Virus record (IMG/VR): IMGVR_UViG_2718218017_000002
Coordinates: 18,406-82,405 of that record
Direction: 5' to 3' (one strand)
Length of the DNA: 64,000 nucleotides
DNA from: a virus
Lineage: Duplodnaviria; Caudoviricetes
Shown: positions 25,742 to 34,949 of the stretch, piece by piece
Position numbering within the stretch: position 1 is the stretch's first letter
Layout: every line of letters begins with the position of its first letter
The notes under the pieces: model-generated
The model's database searches: none
The model's input: only the letters and a program-made list of their open reading frames with translations
Told to the model about the DNA's origin: nothing
Translations under genes and position numbers: made by a program

Positions 25742-27252
25742 AGTCTTTTATTAAAAGTGTAAAATTGAAACTGCTGAATCCGAAGGGTGAGCAGATGCGT
25801 ATATCTGGTGGAGCTGCTACATCAACATATCAATTGGATAGTTCACAGGTGGATTATGAACTTGCAAGGCAATTATATCAGAATAATAATGACGACTATA
25901 AATTGGGTGCTCCTTTTGTAAGACCTATAATAAATTCCACTGTAGGTTTTATGGGGGTGCCTCATTTTGATTGTGAAGATGATGCAGCTCAAGAAATACT
26001 GGATAGTTTTGCACTTGATAATACATCTAATATGCTTAAGACCCATACTGATGCCTTGAAGCTTGGGGATAGTTACGTATGGATTACAAGGGAAGAGGCT
26101 GTAAATCCACTATACCCCGATAAACCTAATAGATTGGTTTATAATTTTATCCCTCCAGAGCAAATTAAGGATATATTACTTGATCCAACTACCGGAGAAC
26201 CAACCGCATATATTTTAAAAAGCCACCAGGAATGGCAGGATATAGAGAGCAATAAATTTAAATGTGATATTAATCAAGCCATAACAGCAACGGAGAGGAC
26301 GATACAAATAACAGGAGATACTCCAGAAGGAATACAAGCAGGTACAATACCTAATCCTTGGGGTTTTGTCCCTATAATCCATTTTAAAAATGAACCTGAT
26401 GAAACACTAAAGTATGGGCAGAGTGATATTGAGCCTATAGAACCGTTACTAAAAGCCTATCATGATGTTATGCTCCATGCATTAAAAGGAAGTAAGATGC
26501 ACAGTACACCTAAGCTGAAATTGAAACTTAAAGATGTAAAAAAATTTCTTGCTAATAACTTTGGTATAGAAGATCCGGAAAAGTTTTCAAAAGATGGTGG
26601 AAAAATAAACTTAAATGGTAATGAAGTTTTATTTATGACAAGTGATGAAGATGCAAGTTTTGTAGAGGTTAATAGTGCCACAGGTGATGCAAAGGTACTC
26701 TTAAGCCTCTTATTTTATTGTATTGTTGATGTTAGTGAAGTCCCTGAATTTGTATTTGGGGTACATACTCCAAGTGCTCTTGCCAGTGTAAAAGAGCAGA
26801 TGCCTATAATGGCCAATAAGATAAGGCGTAAAAGAGAACAATTCACAGAGCAATGGCGTATGCTTGCAAGAATGGTACTTATAATGTTTGCTCAATCTAC
26901 GGGTGGTAGTTTTGCAAGTTATGATGTTACCTTAGGATGGGATGAAGTCACTCCTAAGGATAATAAGGAAAGTGCTGAAACTCTTAACTATATTGCAACT
27001 GCACTTGAAACTGCACTTACAGGAGGATTTATTTCTGTTGAGTCTGCTGCTAATTTCCTTTCAGGATATGTTGATACCATGAGTGATTACATATCTAGTG
27101 ATGAGGGGATAGTTGGAGAGAGAGAAAAGATTATTAAAGACAAGATGCTTAATTTCAGGATGCAGGATTCAGGCGGCCTTGAGGATGAAAAGAAAAAACT
27201 TGATGTTGAGATAAATAATTCAAGTACTCAGGAGGGTACTGTAGATGAGTAA
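25732..27252 (+). CDS. Portal protein (SPP1 gp6-like)
   Basis: 506 aa after TerL; WGFVPIIHFKN, GQSDIEPI. Confidence 0.85.
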   Translation: MGLKSFIKSVKLKLLNPKGEQMRISGGAATSTYQLDSSQVDYELARQLYQNNNDDYKLGAPFVRPIINSTVGFMGVPHFDCEDDAAQEILDSFALDNTSNMLKTHTDALKLGDSYVWITREEAVNPLYPDKPNRLVYNFIPPEQIKDILLDPTTGEPTAYILKSHQEWQDIESNKFKCDINQAITATERTIQITGDTPEGIQAGTIPNPWGFVPIIHFKNEPDETLKYGQSDIEPIEPLLKAYHDVMLHALKGSKMHSTPKLKLKLKDVKKFLANNFGIEDPEKFSKDGGKINLNGNEVLFMTSDEDASFVEVNSATGDAKVLLSLLFYCIVDVSEVPEFVFGVHTPSALASVKEQMPIMANKIRRKREQFTEQWRMLARMVLIMFAQSTGGSFASYDVTLGWDEVTPKDNKESAETLNYIATALETALTGGFISVESAANFLSGYVDTMSDYISSDEGIVGEREKIIKDKMLNFRMQDSGGLEDEKKKLDVEINNSSTQEGTVDE

Positions 27253-28576
27253 GGAAATAGACGAGCTTAAAAAGATAGCAGGCGATTACAAGACATGGGC
27301 ACTTAAAGCTAGAAGTAAGTATATAGACCTGAGACTTAACAATGAAACTGAAATAAGAGCATTGTATGTAAGACTTGTCCATGATATATCTAATGAGCTT
27401 AAAAAAGAAGGTACCTCTAAGATTAGGAGAAGACAACTGGAAACTCTCATTACTGCTCTTAAGAAACAGCAGGATAAACTGGAAGGCCAGCTCACTATGA
27501 ATCTTGAAAAATATATCAAGGCAAATGCAGAAGCAGCTACAAAATATGCAAAGGCGATAGATATTAAAGTAGTTCAGGAAGCTGGAGTATCTAAGGTATC
27601 TACATCCAAGGTTAGGGAACTGTATTTCAGTTCCAACCAAAGAGCTATTGAAGCATGTTGGGCAAGGTTACATAAGGGATTATATCTTTCAGACAGGATA
27701 TGGACAAAGTCAAAGAGATACAGGGAGAATATAACTGAGATAATCCAGAGTGCAGTAGCCGAGGGGCAAGATTGTGTAAAGACTGCCAGGATGCTTGAGA
27801 AGTATGTGAGAACTGGCAAAAAAACATTGGCAAAGCAATATCCTAACATGATGAAAAGAATGGGAAACAGGGTACCAGAGGATATATGTTATGAATCTCT
27901 AAGACTTGCAAGAACTGAAATGACTGCTGCATATGGCGAGGCTACAATTCAAAGTGCTATGGTAAGTCCTTCATGCAGTGGAGTAAAGTTTATATTATCA
28001 GGTTCTCACCCTAAGTATGATATATGTGACCATATATGCGGTATTGATGATTATGGACTTGGAATTGGTTGTTATCCAGTTGATAAAGCTCCTGCATATC
28101 CTTTTCACCCGAATTGCCTTTGCGTAACACTTACAATAAATGAAAACCCCAGTGATTTTGTTGACAGGCTTAAAAGGTGGAATAAGAATCCAGGAAGTGA
28201 ACCGGGACTTGAGCAGTGGTATCAGAATATTTATAAGAAATCTTCTATGTATATTGATGATATTAGCAAAATACCTTATAATGGTATTAAGAGAGTAGAT
28301 AGCAAAGGTAAGATTCCGGCAGAAACTACACCTAATTCTGTTATAGATAAATTAGGTAAAGATGGCAAAGTTAATAATAGAACTATATATGATAATGAAG
28401 GTAAAATGAAAACACAAATAAATCCAACCAATCATGGAAATCCCAAGATGCACCCATATGGTAAAAATGGAGAACATGCGCATGATATCATCTGGGAGAA
28501 TGGTAAGATAGTCGGAAGACATGCGAGAGAATTAACCGAAAAGGAAAGAAAAATTCACAAAGATATATTGGAGTGA
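27245..28576 (+). CDS. MuF/gp7-like minor head protein with C-terminal toxin-like domain
   Basis: RLARTEM...HPKYDICD...PFHPNCLC MuF core, then ~90-aa extension PNSVIDK...RTIYDNEG...TNHGNPKMHPYG...HAHD. Confidence 0.8.
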   Translation: MSKEIDELKKIAGDYKTWALKARSKYIDLRLNNETEIRALYVRLVHDISNELKKEGTSKIRRRQLETLITALKKQQDKLEGQLTMNLEKYIKANAEAATKYAKAIDIKVVQEAGVSKVSTSKVRELYFSSNQRAIEACWARLHKGLYLSDRIWTKSKRYRENITEIIQSAVAEGQDCVKTARMLEKYVRTGKKTLAKQYPNMMKRMGNRVPEDICYESLRLARTEMTAAYGEATIQSAMVSPSCSGVKFILSGSHPKYDICDHICGIDDYGLGIGCYPVDKAPAYPFHPNCLCVTLTINENPSDFVDRLKRWNKNPGSEPGLEQWYQNIYKKSSMYIDDISKIPYNGIKRVDSKGKIPAETTPNSVIDKLGKDGKVNNRTIYDNEGKMKTQINPTNHGNPKMHPYGKNGEHAHDIIWENGKIVGRHARELTEKERKIHKDILE

Positions 28577-28581
28577 TGTTT

Positions 28582-28806
28582 ATGAATGCACAATCAATTA
28601 AAGATTTAATATTGTCACTAACACAGGATATAGAGTTTAGTTATAATAATGTGAATGGTTCAATTATTCCATTAAGTCATGACAATATTTCAATGTCGTA
28701 TGGTGACGTTAATAAAGGTTACAATGACGTAGATATACTGTTAACAGATCCATTCTTTAATGGGAAATCTCTAAGTGAGATTATTAAAGAAATAGAAATT
28801 ATTTAG
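28582..28806 (+). CDS. Probable immunity protein for the MuF toxin domain
   Basis: Small acidic gene coupled to the toxin stop, followed by a terminator. Confidence 0.65.
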   Translation: MNAQSIKDLILSLTQDIEFSYNNVNGSIIPLSHDNISMSYGDVNKGYNDVDILLTDPFFNGKSLSEIIKEIEII

Positions 28807-28808
28807 GG

Positions 28809-28839
28809 AGCACTTACTAAGTAAAAAATAGTGAGTGCT
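28809..28839 (+). terminator. Hairpin AGCACTTACT/AGTGAGTGCT + U tract
   Basis: Read directly. Confidence 0.7.
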
Positions 28840-28872
28840 TTTATTGTGCTTAAAATTAAGGGAGGGATTGTG

Positions 28873-29289
28873 TTGAATATACCTGGTAAAATTAAAATTG
28901 GTGGCATGATTTTTTCAGTAGCTTTAATTGATAATCTTATGAGAAATGGTTCAAGTTCGGGAAGAAGCTGTGGGAATTCACAAGAAATACAGATAGATAA
29001 AAGTGCATCACGTCAGTATAAGGAAACTACATTTATACATGAGGTTCTTCACCAAATTAATTTTGTTTACAATATTGGTTTAGAGCATAAACAAATTTAT
29101 GATTTAGAAGCAGGAATTTATGCTTTTATCAAGGATAATCCAAGTGTATTCAATGAGAAATTGACTCAGAGTAATATATGCGCTGATGTAAAAATAGATG
29201 ATGATGTCTTTGTAGATGATTTAGTCGATAAAGCTATTAATAAATTTGCTGCAGAGTTTAGGAAGACACTTCAAGATATGAAAAGATAG
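28873..29289 (+). CDS. Hypothetical protein with HExxH zincin motif
   Basis: TFIHEVLHQI; GGAGGG RBS, TTG 28873. Confidence 0.7.
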   Translation: MNIPGKIKIGGMIFSVALIDNLMRNGSSSGRSCGNSQEIQIDKSASRQYKETTFIHEVLHQINFVYNIGLEHKQIYDLEAGIYAFIKDNPSVFNEKLTQSNICADVKIDDDVFVDDLVDKAINKFAAEFRKTLQDMKR

Positions 29290-29300
29290 GAGGGAAAAGA

Positions 29301-29417
29301 ATGCATCATTACATTACAAAGTATGAGTAAAATGGAAAAAGATATGCGGAGGCTTGGATACAAATTAATATATTTAATTTATGTCTATGTACGTGGAAAA
29401 AGAAAATAGAGATATAA
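29301..29417 (+). pseudogene. Small gene interrupted by an in-frame TAA
   Basis: GGAGGG RBS; MHHYITKYE*NGKRYAEAWIQINIFNLCLCTWKKKIEI; stop at 29328. Confidence 0.5.
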
Positions 29418-29436
29418 AAATAGGTAGGTGGTAATA

Positions 29437-30912
29437 ATGTTTCTATACAAACCTATAGGAGAGATAGATAATGAAGTTTATGGAGAAATAGATCCCATAA
29501 ATGCAAGCATATCACAAATTAAACCGGGTACTATTTCAGCAGCTCCTGGAGTAGATGTGGATTTAATGAAATCAATGGACAAAGATCCTCTGGAAGTAGT
29601 TGTTGAAATACCTGCTGCTAAAAGTAAAAGGGGCTGGAACTATAAACCCGAAGCCCTGCAGGATATAGTAAACTATGTAAATCAAAATACATTAAGTGGC
29701 TTTTTAGGGCATCAGAAACCAGAAAACTTATCTAATGAATTCAAGACCCCTGTAACACATTGGGTAGGGGCAGAGATGAAAGACAATAAGGCGTATTTTA
29801 GGGGGATAGTTGATGCATCTGCTCCTGACCTTAAGAGATGGATAAGAACCAAAAGAATTAAGGAGGTCAGTATATTTGGTTATCCAAAAATAAAGAGGGA
29901 CAATAAAAATATAAATGTAGTTGGATACAATCCTTTGAGTATTGATTGGACACCACTTCATAGGCCAGGTATGCCCACAAATATAGTAGGTATGGAGATG
30001 GATAATTTAAATGCGAAAGGAGAGCAGCTTGATGGTACCTTTGAACAACTTAAACAGGAGTTAAAGGAATCTGTTAAAAGTGTTTTAAACGTAAAAGATG
30101 GTCAAGACTATGTGTGGGTTAGAAATATCAGATATGATAATAATACTGTTATAGTAGAGCATGAGCAAAGGGATCAACCTACAAAACTTTACAGCATACC
30201 ATTTTCAATAGACAAAGATAATAAAATAGCCCTTGGAGATAAGACGGAAGTTATGGAAAAAAGGATATATGAACCTGTAACTTCGAGTGAAATGGATAAT
30301 AAAGGAGGAAATTTAAACATGGAATTTAAAGAGATTATGGCGAATTTAAATGGATTATTACAGACTGGAAAAGTTACCTATTCCCAGGTACTTGGGGAGA
30401 TGGGCCTTACAAAAGAAAAGATAGCCGGAGAAATGGCAGATGTTAAAAGTGCTGTTGATGCTGAAAGTTTACTTGATAAGATTAAAGACAATCTTAAAAT
30501 AACTGGTGAGATGGATATAGTAAATACTATTAAGAAGGAAAATGAGACGCTTGAAAAAGTAAAAGAAGCTTTAGGGGTTACTGGAGAAATGGATATAGTA
30601 GATGCAGCTAAAAAAGCCCATGAAGCTATAGAAAATTCTAAAAAAGCAGAGTTTCAAAAGACTATTGATGATGTTGTCAAAGAAAAAGTTGCAGGTGAAA
30701 TGGCTCAGAACCTGGTAAAAAAGATGCTAAAGGTTGAAGATGGAGCTACAAAGGAAGTTATATCAGGTGAGATTGATAATATACTAAAAGATGATTTTGT
30801 AAAGAGCTTTATATCTGGTGAACATATTGACATGGCACCGGGGATAGGCACTTCAACTGACAATAAAACCGAAACATCAGGTATATTAAAAACAAGAAGG
30901 ATATCAATATAA
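29437..30912 (+). CDS. Prohead protease / scaffold protein
   Basis: Position before capsid genes; GFLGHQ and LSIDWTP protease-like N-half, repetitive (GEMD) coiled-coil C-half. Confidence 0.75.
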   Translation: MFLYKPIGEIDNEVYGEIDPINASISQIKPGTISAAPGVDVDLMKSMDKDPLEVVVEIPAAKSKRGWNYKPEALQDIVNYVNQNTLSGFLGHQKPENLSNEFKTPVTHWVGAEMKDNKAYFRGIVDASAPDLKRWIRTKRIKEVSIFGYPKIKRDNKNINVVGYNPLSIDWTPLHRPGMPTNIVGMEMDNLNAKGEQLDGTFEQLKQELKESVKSVLNVKDGQDYVWVRNIRYDNNTVIVEHEQRDQPTKLYSIPFSIDKDNKIALGDKTEVMEKRIYEPVTSSEMDNKGGNLNMEFKEIMANLNGLLQTGKVTYSQVLGEMGLTKEKIAGEMADVKSAVDAESLLDKIKDNLKITGEMDIVNTIKKENETLEKVKEALGVTGEMDIVDAAKKAHEAIENSKKAEFQKTIDDVVKEKVAGEMAQNLVKKMLKVEDGATKEVISGEIDNILKDDFVKSFISGEHIDMAPGIGTSTDNKTETSGILKTRRISI

Positions 30913-30927
30913 GGAAGGTGAGTATAA

Positions 30928-31305
30928 ATGGCATTTACAGGACAACCTACACCAAGTACGATAATAAATATATCAAGTGGAAAAATTAGTGATGGTAAAT
31001 CGGTCAGACTTACAGCCACTGAGGAAGTTGCACAGGGGAACTTTTATCAGATAGGAGGATTCTTCGGACTTGCCAACCAAGATGCAGCAGTGGGAGAAGA
31101 AGTGGTACTTGCGATTGAACAGGCAGAGTATGAAACAAACCAGATAAAGACTGATGAGGAGTTTGCAGTGGGTACATTAATTTACTTTGATGCTGCTAGT
31201 AAAGTTTTAACTGAAACTGCTGGTACCAATAAAAAAGTTGGGATTATATCGGCTGCCAAAGACAGCAATAATGTAATATGGTTCATATTAGGACCACAAG
31301 TATAA
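30928..31305 (+). CDS. Capsid decoration/cement protein (DUF2190-like)
   Basis: GNFYQIGGFFGLA...FAVGTLIYFD pattern, between scaffold and MCP. Confidence 0.75.
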   Translation: MAFTGQPTPSTIINISSGKISDGKSVRLTATEEVAQGNFYQIGGFFGLANQDAAVGEEVVLAIEQAEYETNQIKTDEEFAVGTLIYFDAASKVLTETAGTNKKVGIISAAKDSNNVIWFILGPQV

Positions 31306-31320
31306 GGAGGCTTATAAAAC

Positions 31321-32355
31321 ATGGTAAAAATTTATAGTATAGATTCTTTAAGGGAAGCAAAAAAAACACAGACTATAGATACTGTAATACCTTTTAAATT
31401 AAATGGGAAAGAGTATTCAGCACCTAAAAAGATAGTCAATGGTGAGATGGAAACTTATGTTCTCACAAAACCTATAGGGGAAATGCTAAGAAGTAACAGC
31501 TTGGCACAATATAAGGATTTGTTAAAAAAAGTGGTACTTGACGTTGAACTTGGACGTGAGCAGGTACCACTTTTATATTCTCCTATTTATGATTTGCTTT
31601 CAGATCCAACTATGCCTAAACTTATAGATGCAAAATGGGCTTTAACCGGAACAGTAGTATTTACAGAACACATGGAAGGGGAAGAAGTTAAATTTGGTTC
31701 TCTGCAGGTTGAATATGGGCCAACTGCAAGACTTTTAACTTACACAGCTGGTTTTGAATATACAAAAGAGATGAAGGATTTTAATGATAATTTCTCTGTG
31801 GATATACTGAACAGGTCTATGGGTGAAGCATATAATGCTCTTCTTAACCACATATATCTTTCTCCGATAATCAACTATACTTACAAGACAGCTAATAAAA
31901 CTCCATATCAGGGGTCAACTGATGAGGACGTGTGGGTAAGGTACTATAAAACATTGACCCAGGCTATAATTGATTGTAACAAGGCTAAAAGACCAGGCAC
32001 TGTTTTACTTGCATCCAGTATGAATAAAGATAATATTGAAATGGCTCTTAAAGGTGGATACCAGATAAACGGTACTACTTATCCTGCTGTTAGTGGAATA
32101 AGCTCAATAATTTATTATGACGGATGGTCTACTCAAGTTGGAAGAAAGAGCTATTCATATCCAGGAGTAGCTGATGGAAAGTGTTACCTGATAAGACCTA
32201 AGAGAGGATTCAAGGAACTTTTAAAACAGGATCTTCAAATAGAATCACATGCAGGAGATCTTTCAAGATTAGTGGAACAGCAAATTGTAGGATATGCTTA
32301 CAGAGGTTGTTATGCTGCATTAGATGAAAATGTACAGGAAATAACTTTAGGATAG
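31321..32355 (+). CDS. Major capsid protein
   Basis: 344 aa, position in head module. Confidence 0.8.
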   Translation: MVKIYSIDSLREAKKTQTIDTVIPFKLNGKEYSAPKKIVNGEMETYVLTKPIGEMLRSNSLAQYKDLLKKVVLDVELGREQVPLLYSPIYDLLSDPTMPKLIDAKWALTGTVVFTEHMEGEEVKFGSLQVEYGPTARLLTYTAGFEYTKEMKDFNDNFSVDILNRSMGEAYNALLNHIYLSPIINYTYKTANKTPYQGSTDEDVWVRYYKTLTQAIIDCNKAKRPGTVLLASSMNKDNIEMALKGGYQINGTTYPAVSGISSIIYYDGWSTQVGRKSYSYPGVADGKCYLIRPKRGFKELLKQDLQIESHAGDLSRLVEQQIVGYAYRGCYAALDENVQEITLG

Positions 32356-32400
32356 GGTTCATTGCTTTTAAATGGGCTCTATTTTCATGGAGGTGATATT

Positions 32401-32730
32401 GTGACACCCACTGATAGTTTAAGAACAAAATTAAGAATGGTACTAAATGATAGGGACAGCAAGACGTTCACTGATGATGAACTAGATTCTCTAATATCTG
32501 ATGCTGATTGTATATATTGTGCTGCCAGTGAAGGATGGATGATGAAAGCTACTATGCAGGAGAGTAATGTAGATAATCCTAATGTATATCAGGTAGGGCA
32601 GGAAAGGTATCAATATTCAACTGTGACTGATATTGCAAATCTATGTTATAAAAATGCAGAGACATATAAAGCTAAATGCGCTGGAAGGTCAAGCTTTATG
32701 ATTGGTGCAGATGTGGAGGTAAATTTATGA
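32401..32730 (+). CDS. Head-tail adaptor
   Basis: FTDDELDSLI motif; GGAGGTGA RBS, GTG. Confidence 0.7.
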   Translation: MTPTDSLRTKLRMVLNDRDSKTFTDDELDSLISDADCIYCAASEGWMMKATMQESNVDNPNVYQVGQERYQYSTVTDIANLCYKNAETYKAKCAGRSSFMIGADVEVNL

Positions 32731-33110
32731 TTACAGCAGAGAGAAGGAAAAGGGATATAAACTGGAGTATAGCTCAGAATCCTACAGAAATATCTTTTAC
32801 TAAGGTTGGTAAAAAGCCCGTAAACGGACATTTTGAAGAAGTAACAGAGGATGTAATTCTAACAGTGAGGATATTTCCACAGAAAACTTATGACAGCAGC
32901 ATAACAGTTTCTTCAGGTACAATAGGTACGTCTTATAAAAATACAGCTTATGGAATGCTTGCTGACAGTGAGGCAGATTTGAACGTAGATAGTAAAACTT
33001 CCATAGAATTTAACTGTCCTTATGGCCACATGAAAGTAAAAAATGTATACCCTCAGATTATAAAAGGGGAGATATGTGGTTATGATTGCGGCTTGGAGAA
33101 GGTGATGTAA
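32727..33110 (+). CDS. Head closure / connector protein
   Basis: Position; ATGA overlap. Confidence 0.65.
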   Translation: MITAERRKRDINWSIAQNPTEISFTKVGKKPVNGHFEEVTEDVILTVRIFPQKTYDSSITVSSGTIGTSYKNTAYGMLADSEADLNVDSKTSIEFNCPYGHMKVKNVYPQIIKGEICGYDCGLEKVM

Positions 33111-33520
33111 TGGCTTTTAGCGATAACGTACTAAATTTTATAAATAGAAAAAATGCTATGATGTATTCTTTCTGTGACAATTGGGCAAGGGAATTAGAAA
33201 ACCAGGCTAAAGTAAATGCTCCGTGGAAAGATAGATCAGCACATGCAAGGCAGTCACTTCATGGAGATGTGAAAGTTGAAAATAAAGAATATACTATTTC
33301 TTTAAGTCATGGAGTGGAATATGGGGGAGTGCTTGAAGGGGGTTCAAAACCACATATAATAAGGCCAAAGAATAAGAAAGCCCTATATTGGAAAGATGCA
33401 GATCACCCTGTTAAACTTGTACATCACCCAGGTACCAAGAAATATGCAACAGTAGGTCCTACTATGGAAAAGAATAAATATAAAATCAAGGATACTGCAA
33501 TTAAATTATGGGAGGATTGA
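33110..33520 (+). CDS. HK97 gp10-like neck protein
   Basis: AKVNAPWKDRSAHARQSL, YGGVLEGG, VHHPGTK. Confidence 0.75.
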   Translation: MAFSDNVLNFINRKNAMMYSFCDNWARELENQAKVNAPWKDRSAHARQSLHGDVKVENKEYTISLSHGVEYGGVLEGGSKPHIIRPKNKKALYWKDADHPVKLVHHPGTKKYATVGPTMEKNKYKIKDTAIKLWED

Positions 33521-33524
33521 TTAG

Positions 33525-33779
33525 ATGAGTGATGAAAAAAGAATACAAGCACCAAATCATGATGAAAGGTTCCCTGACGTTGAAATAATTTCAGATGGTA
33601 CGTCAGAACAGTGTAAAATTTTTATAGATGGCGTTGATTATACAAAGAAAATATTTATAAAAAGTGTAAAGGCAAATATTGAAGTTGAAAAAGTGCATAC
33701 AGTTGCTGTAGAATTTTATGCAGATAATGTAAATATAAAAACTAAAGCAAAGGTAGAAAAACAATGCGTGACGGAATAA
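33525..33779 (+). CDS. Hypothetical protein inserted in the neck module
   Basis: GGAGG RBS; overlaps the next gene. Confidence 0.65.
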   Translation: MSDEKRIQAPNHDERFPDVEIISDGTSEQCKIFIDGVDYTKKIFIKSVKANIEVEKVHTVAVEFYADNVNIKTKAKVEKQCVTE

Positions 33780-34591
33780 GGGAGAAGTTGCTAGATAGTA
33801 TTCCAGCACTTAAAGAGTGTTATGAGCCTACTGTTCCTGATAAATCCACAGAAAAGCCTTATGCGGTAATACTTCAAGGGTCTGATGATAAGCAGAACAA
33901 TCCTACATCCTATAACAGAGGTATACAAATATGGTTGTACGATAAAAGACTTACGTTTAATACACTGGATAGTTTAATGGATAAGGTTATAGCAGCATTG
34001 GATTTACAGACCATAATTGAAGATACAGGAGAAAGTTATACATGCGTTTTTAATGGCACTGTAGGTGATGATTTTGCAGACGAAGAGTGGGATGCTATTA
34101 CAAGAGGACTGAATTTTAATGTCATAGCTCTGCATGAAGAAAATGACTCTTATGTGGATGCATGGGCTGGTGCTGTGGCTGCTTATATAAATAATCTTAT
34201 AAATATTCCGGCGTATCCTTCTGAGTATTGGATAAAAAATTTTGCAGCACCTTCTGTATTATGTAGGATAATTAAAAGTAATTTATCTCCTGCGACACTT
34301 GGAGCTAACAGGGTTATGAAGACTATAAGATGCCATTTTGTAAGTAAAGATAAAAGTATGGCCAATAAATTAATTGATACTGTAGAGAATCAATTAATTC
34401 AGGACACAAAGATACCTTTAGATATAGAAGATAGAAGGTATTTGACCATAAGCAGCATAAGAGAAGACAGAGAAGCAGATCCATTTACAGTGGGTCAACT
34501 TAGTGTGGATTTTTTTAGATTAGAAAATATTAAGAGAAAAAATATTCCTGTCATGAATAAAATTCAAGGCAGAGGTTCAATGAAGGAGTGA
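33764..34591 (+). CDS. Tail terminator / completion protein
   Basis: Position before sheath; 275 aa. Confidence 0.65.
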   Translation: MRDGIREKLLDSIPALKECYEPTVPDKSTEKPYAVILQGSDDKQNNPTSYNRGIQIWLYDKRLTFNTLDSLMDKVIAALDLQTIIEDTGESYTCVFNGTVGDDFADEEWDAITRGLNFNVIALHEENDSYVDAWAGAVAAYINNLINIPAYPSEYWIKNFAAPSVLCRIIKSNLSPATLGANRVMKTIRCHFVSKDKSMANKLIDTVENQLIQDTKIPLDIEDRRYLTISSIREDREADPFTVGQLSVDFFRLENIKRKNIPVMNKIQGRGSMKE

Positions 34592-34595
34592 TAAT

Positions 34596-34949
34596 ATGGC
34601 AGATACTGAAGTTAAAAATAACGATACTGAGAAGGAAACTGTAAATTCAACTGTAAGCTCAGATACTAAGACTTCATCAATTAGTAGCAAAGATTTAACA
34701 CCGGTTATATCTGTAAATAATGTTATAGAGGATAGAAGATCGACAATACCATCAACTACGATTAATATAAATATACCTCGTCAGGAAATTAAATATTCGG
34801 TTGAGGAGTTAATTAAAAACAGTAAAGCACTTACAGGCCATAAAAGAGAAGTGGCAGTGGGTGCTTTATTTGATTGCCAAGAAAAAGAATTAACTAAAGA
34901 TGATTTTAAAAAGGCAATAGAGGTATTTCTAAAAAGGAAGGTGAAATAA
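34596..34949 (+). CDS. YqzN/YkzM-like small tail protein
   Basis: C-terminal YSVEELIKNSKALTG...VAVGALF...LTKDDFKKAIEVFLKRKV directly before the sheath. Confidence 0.65.
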   Translation: MADTEVKNNDTEKETVNSTVSSDTKTSSISSKDLTPVISVNNVIEDRRSTIPSTTININIPRQEIKYSVEELIKNSKALTGHKREVAVGALFDCQEKELTKDDFKKAIEVFLKRKVK

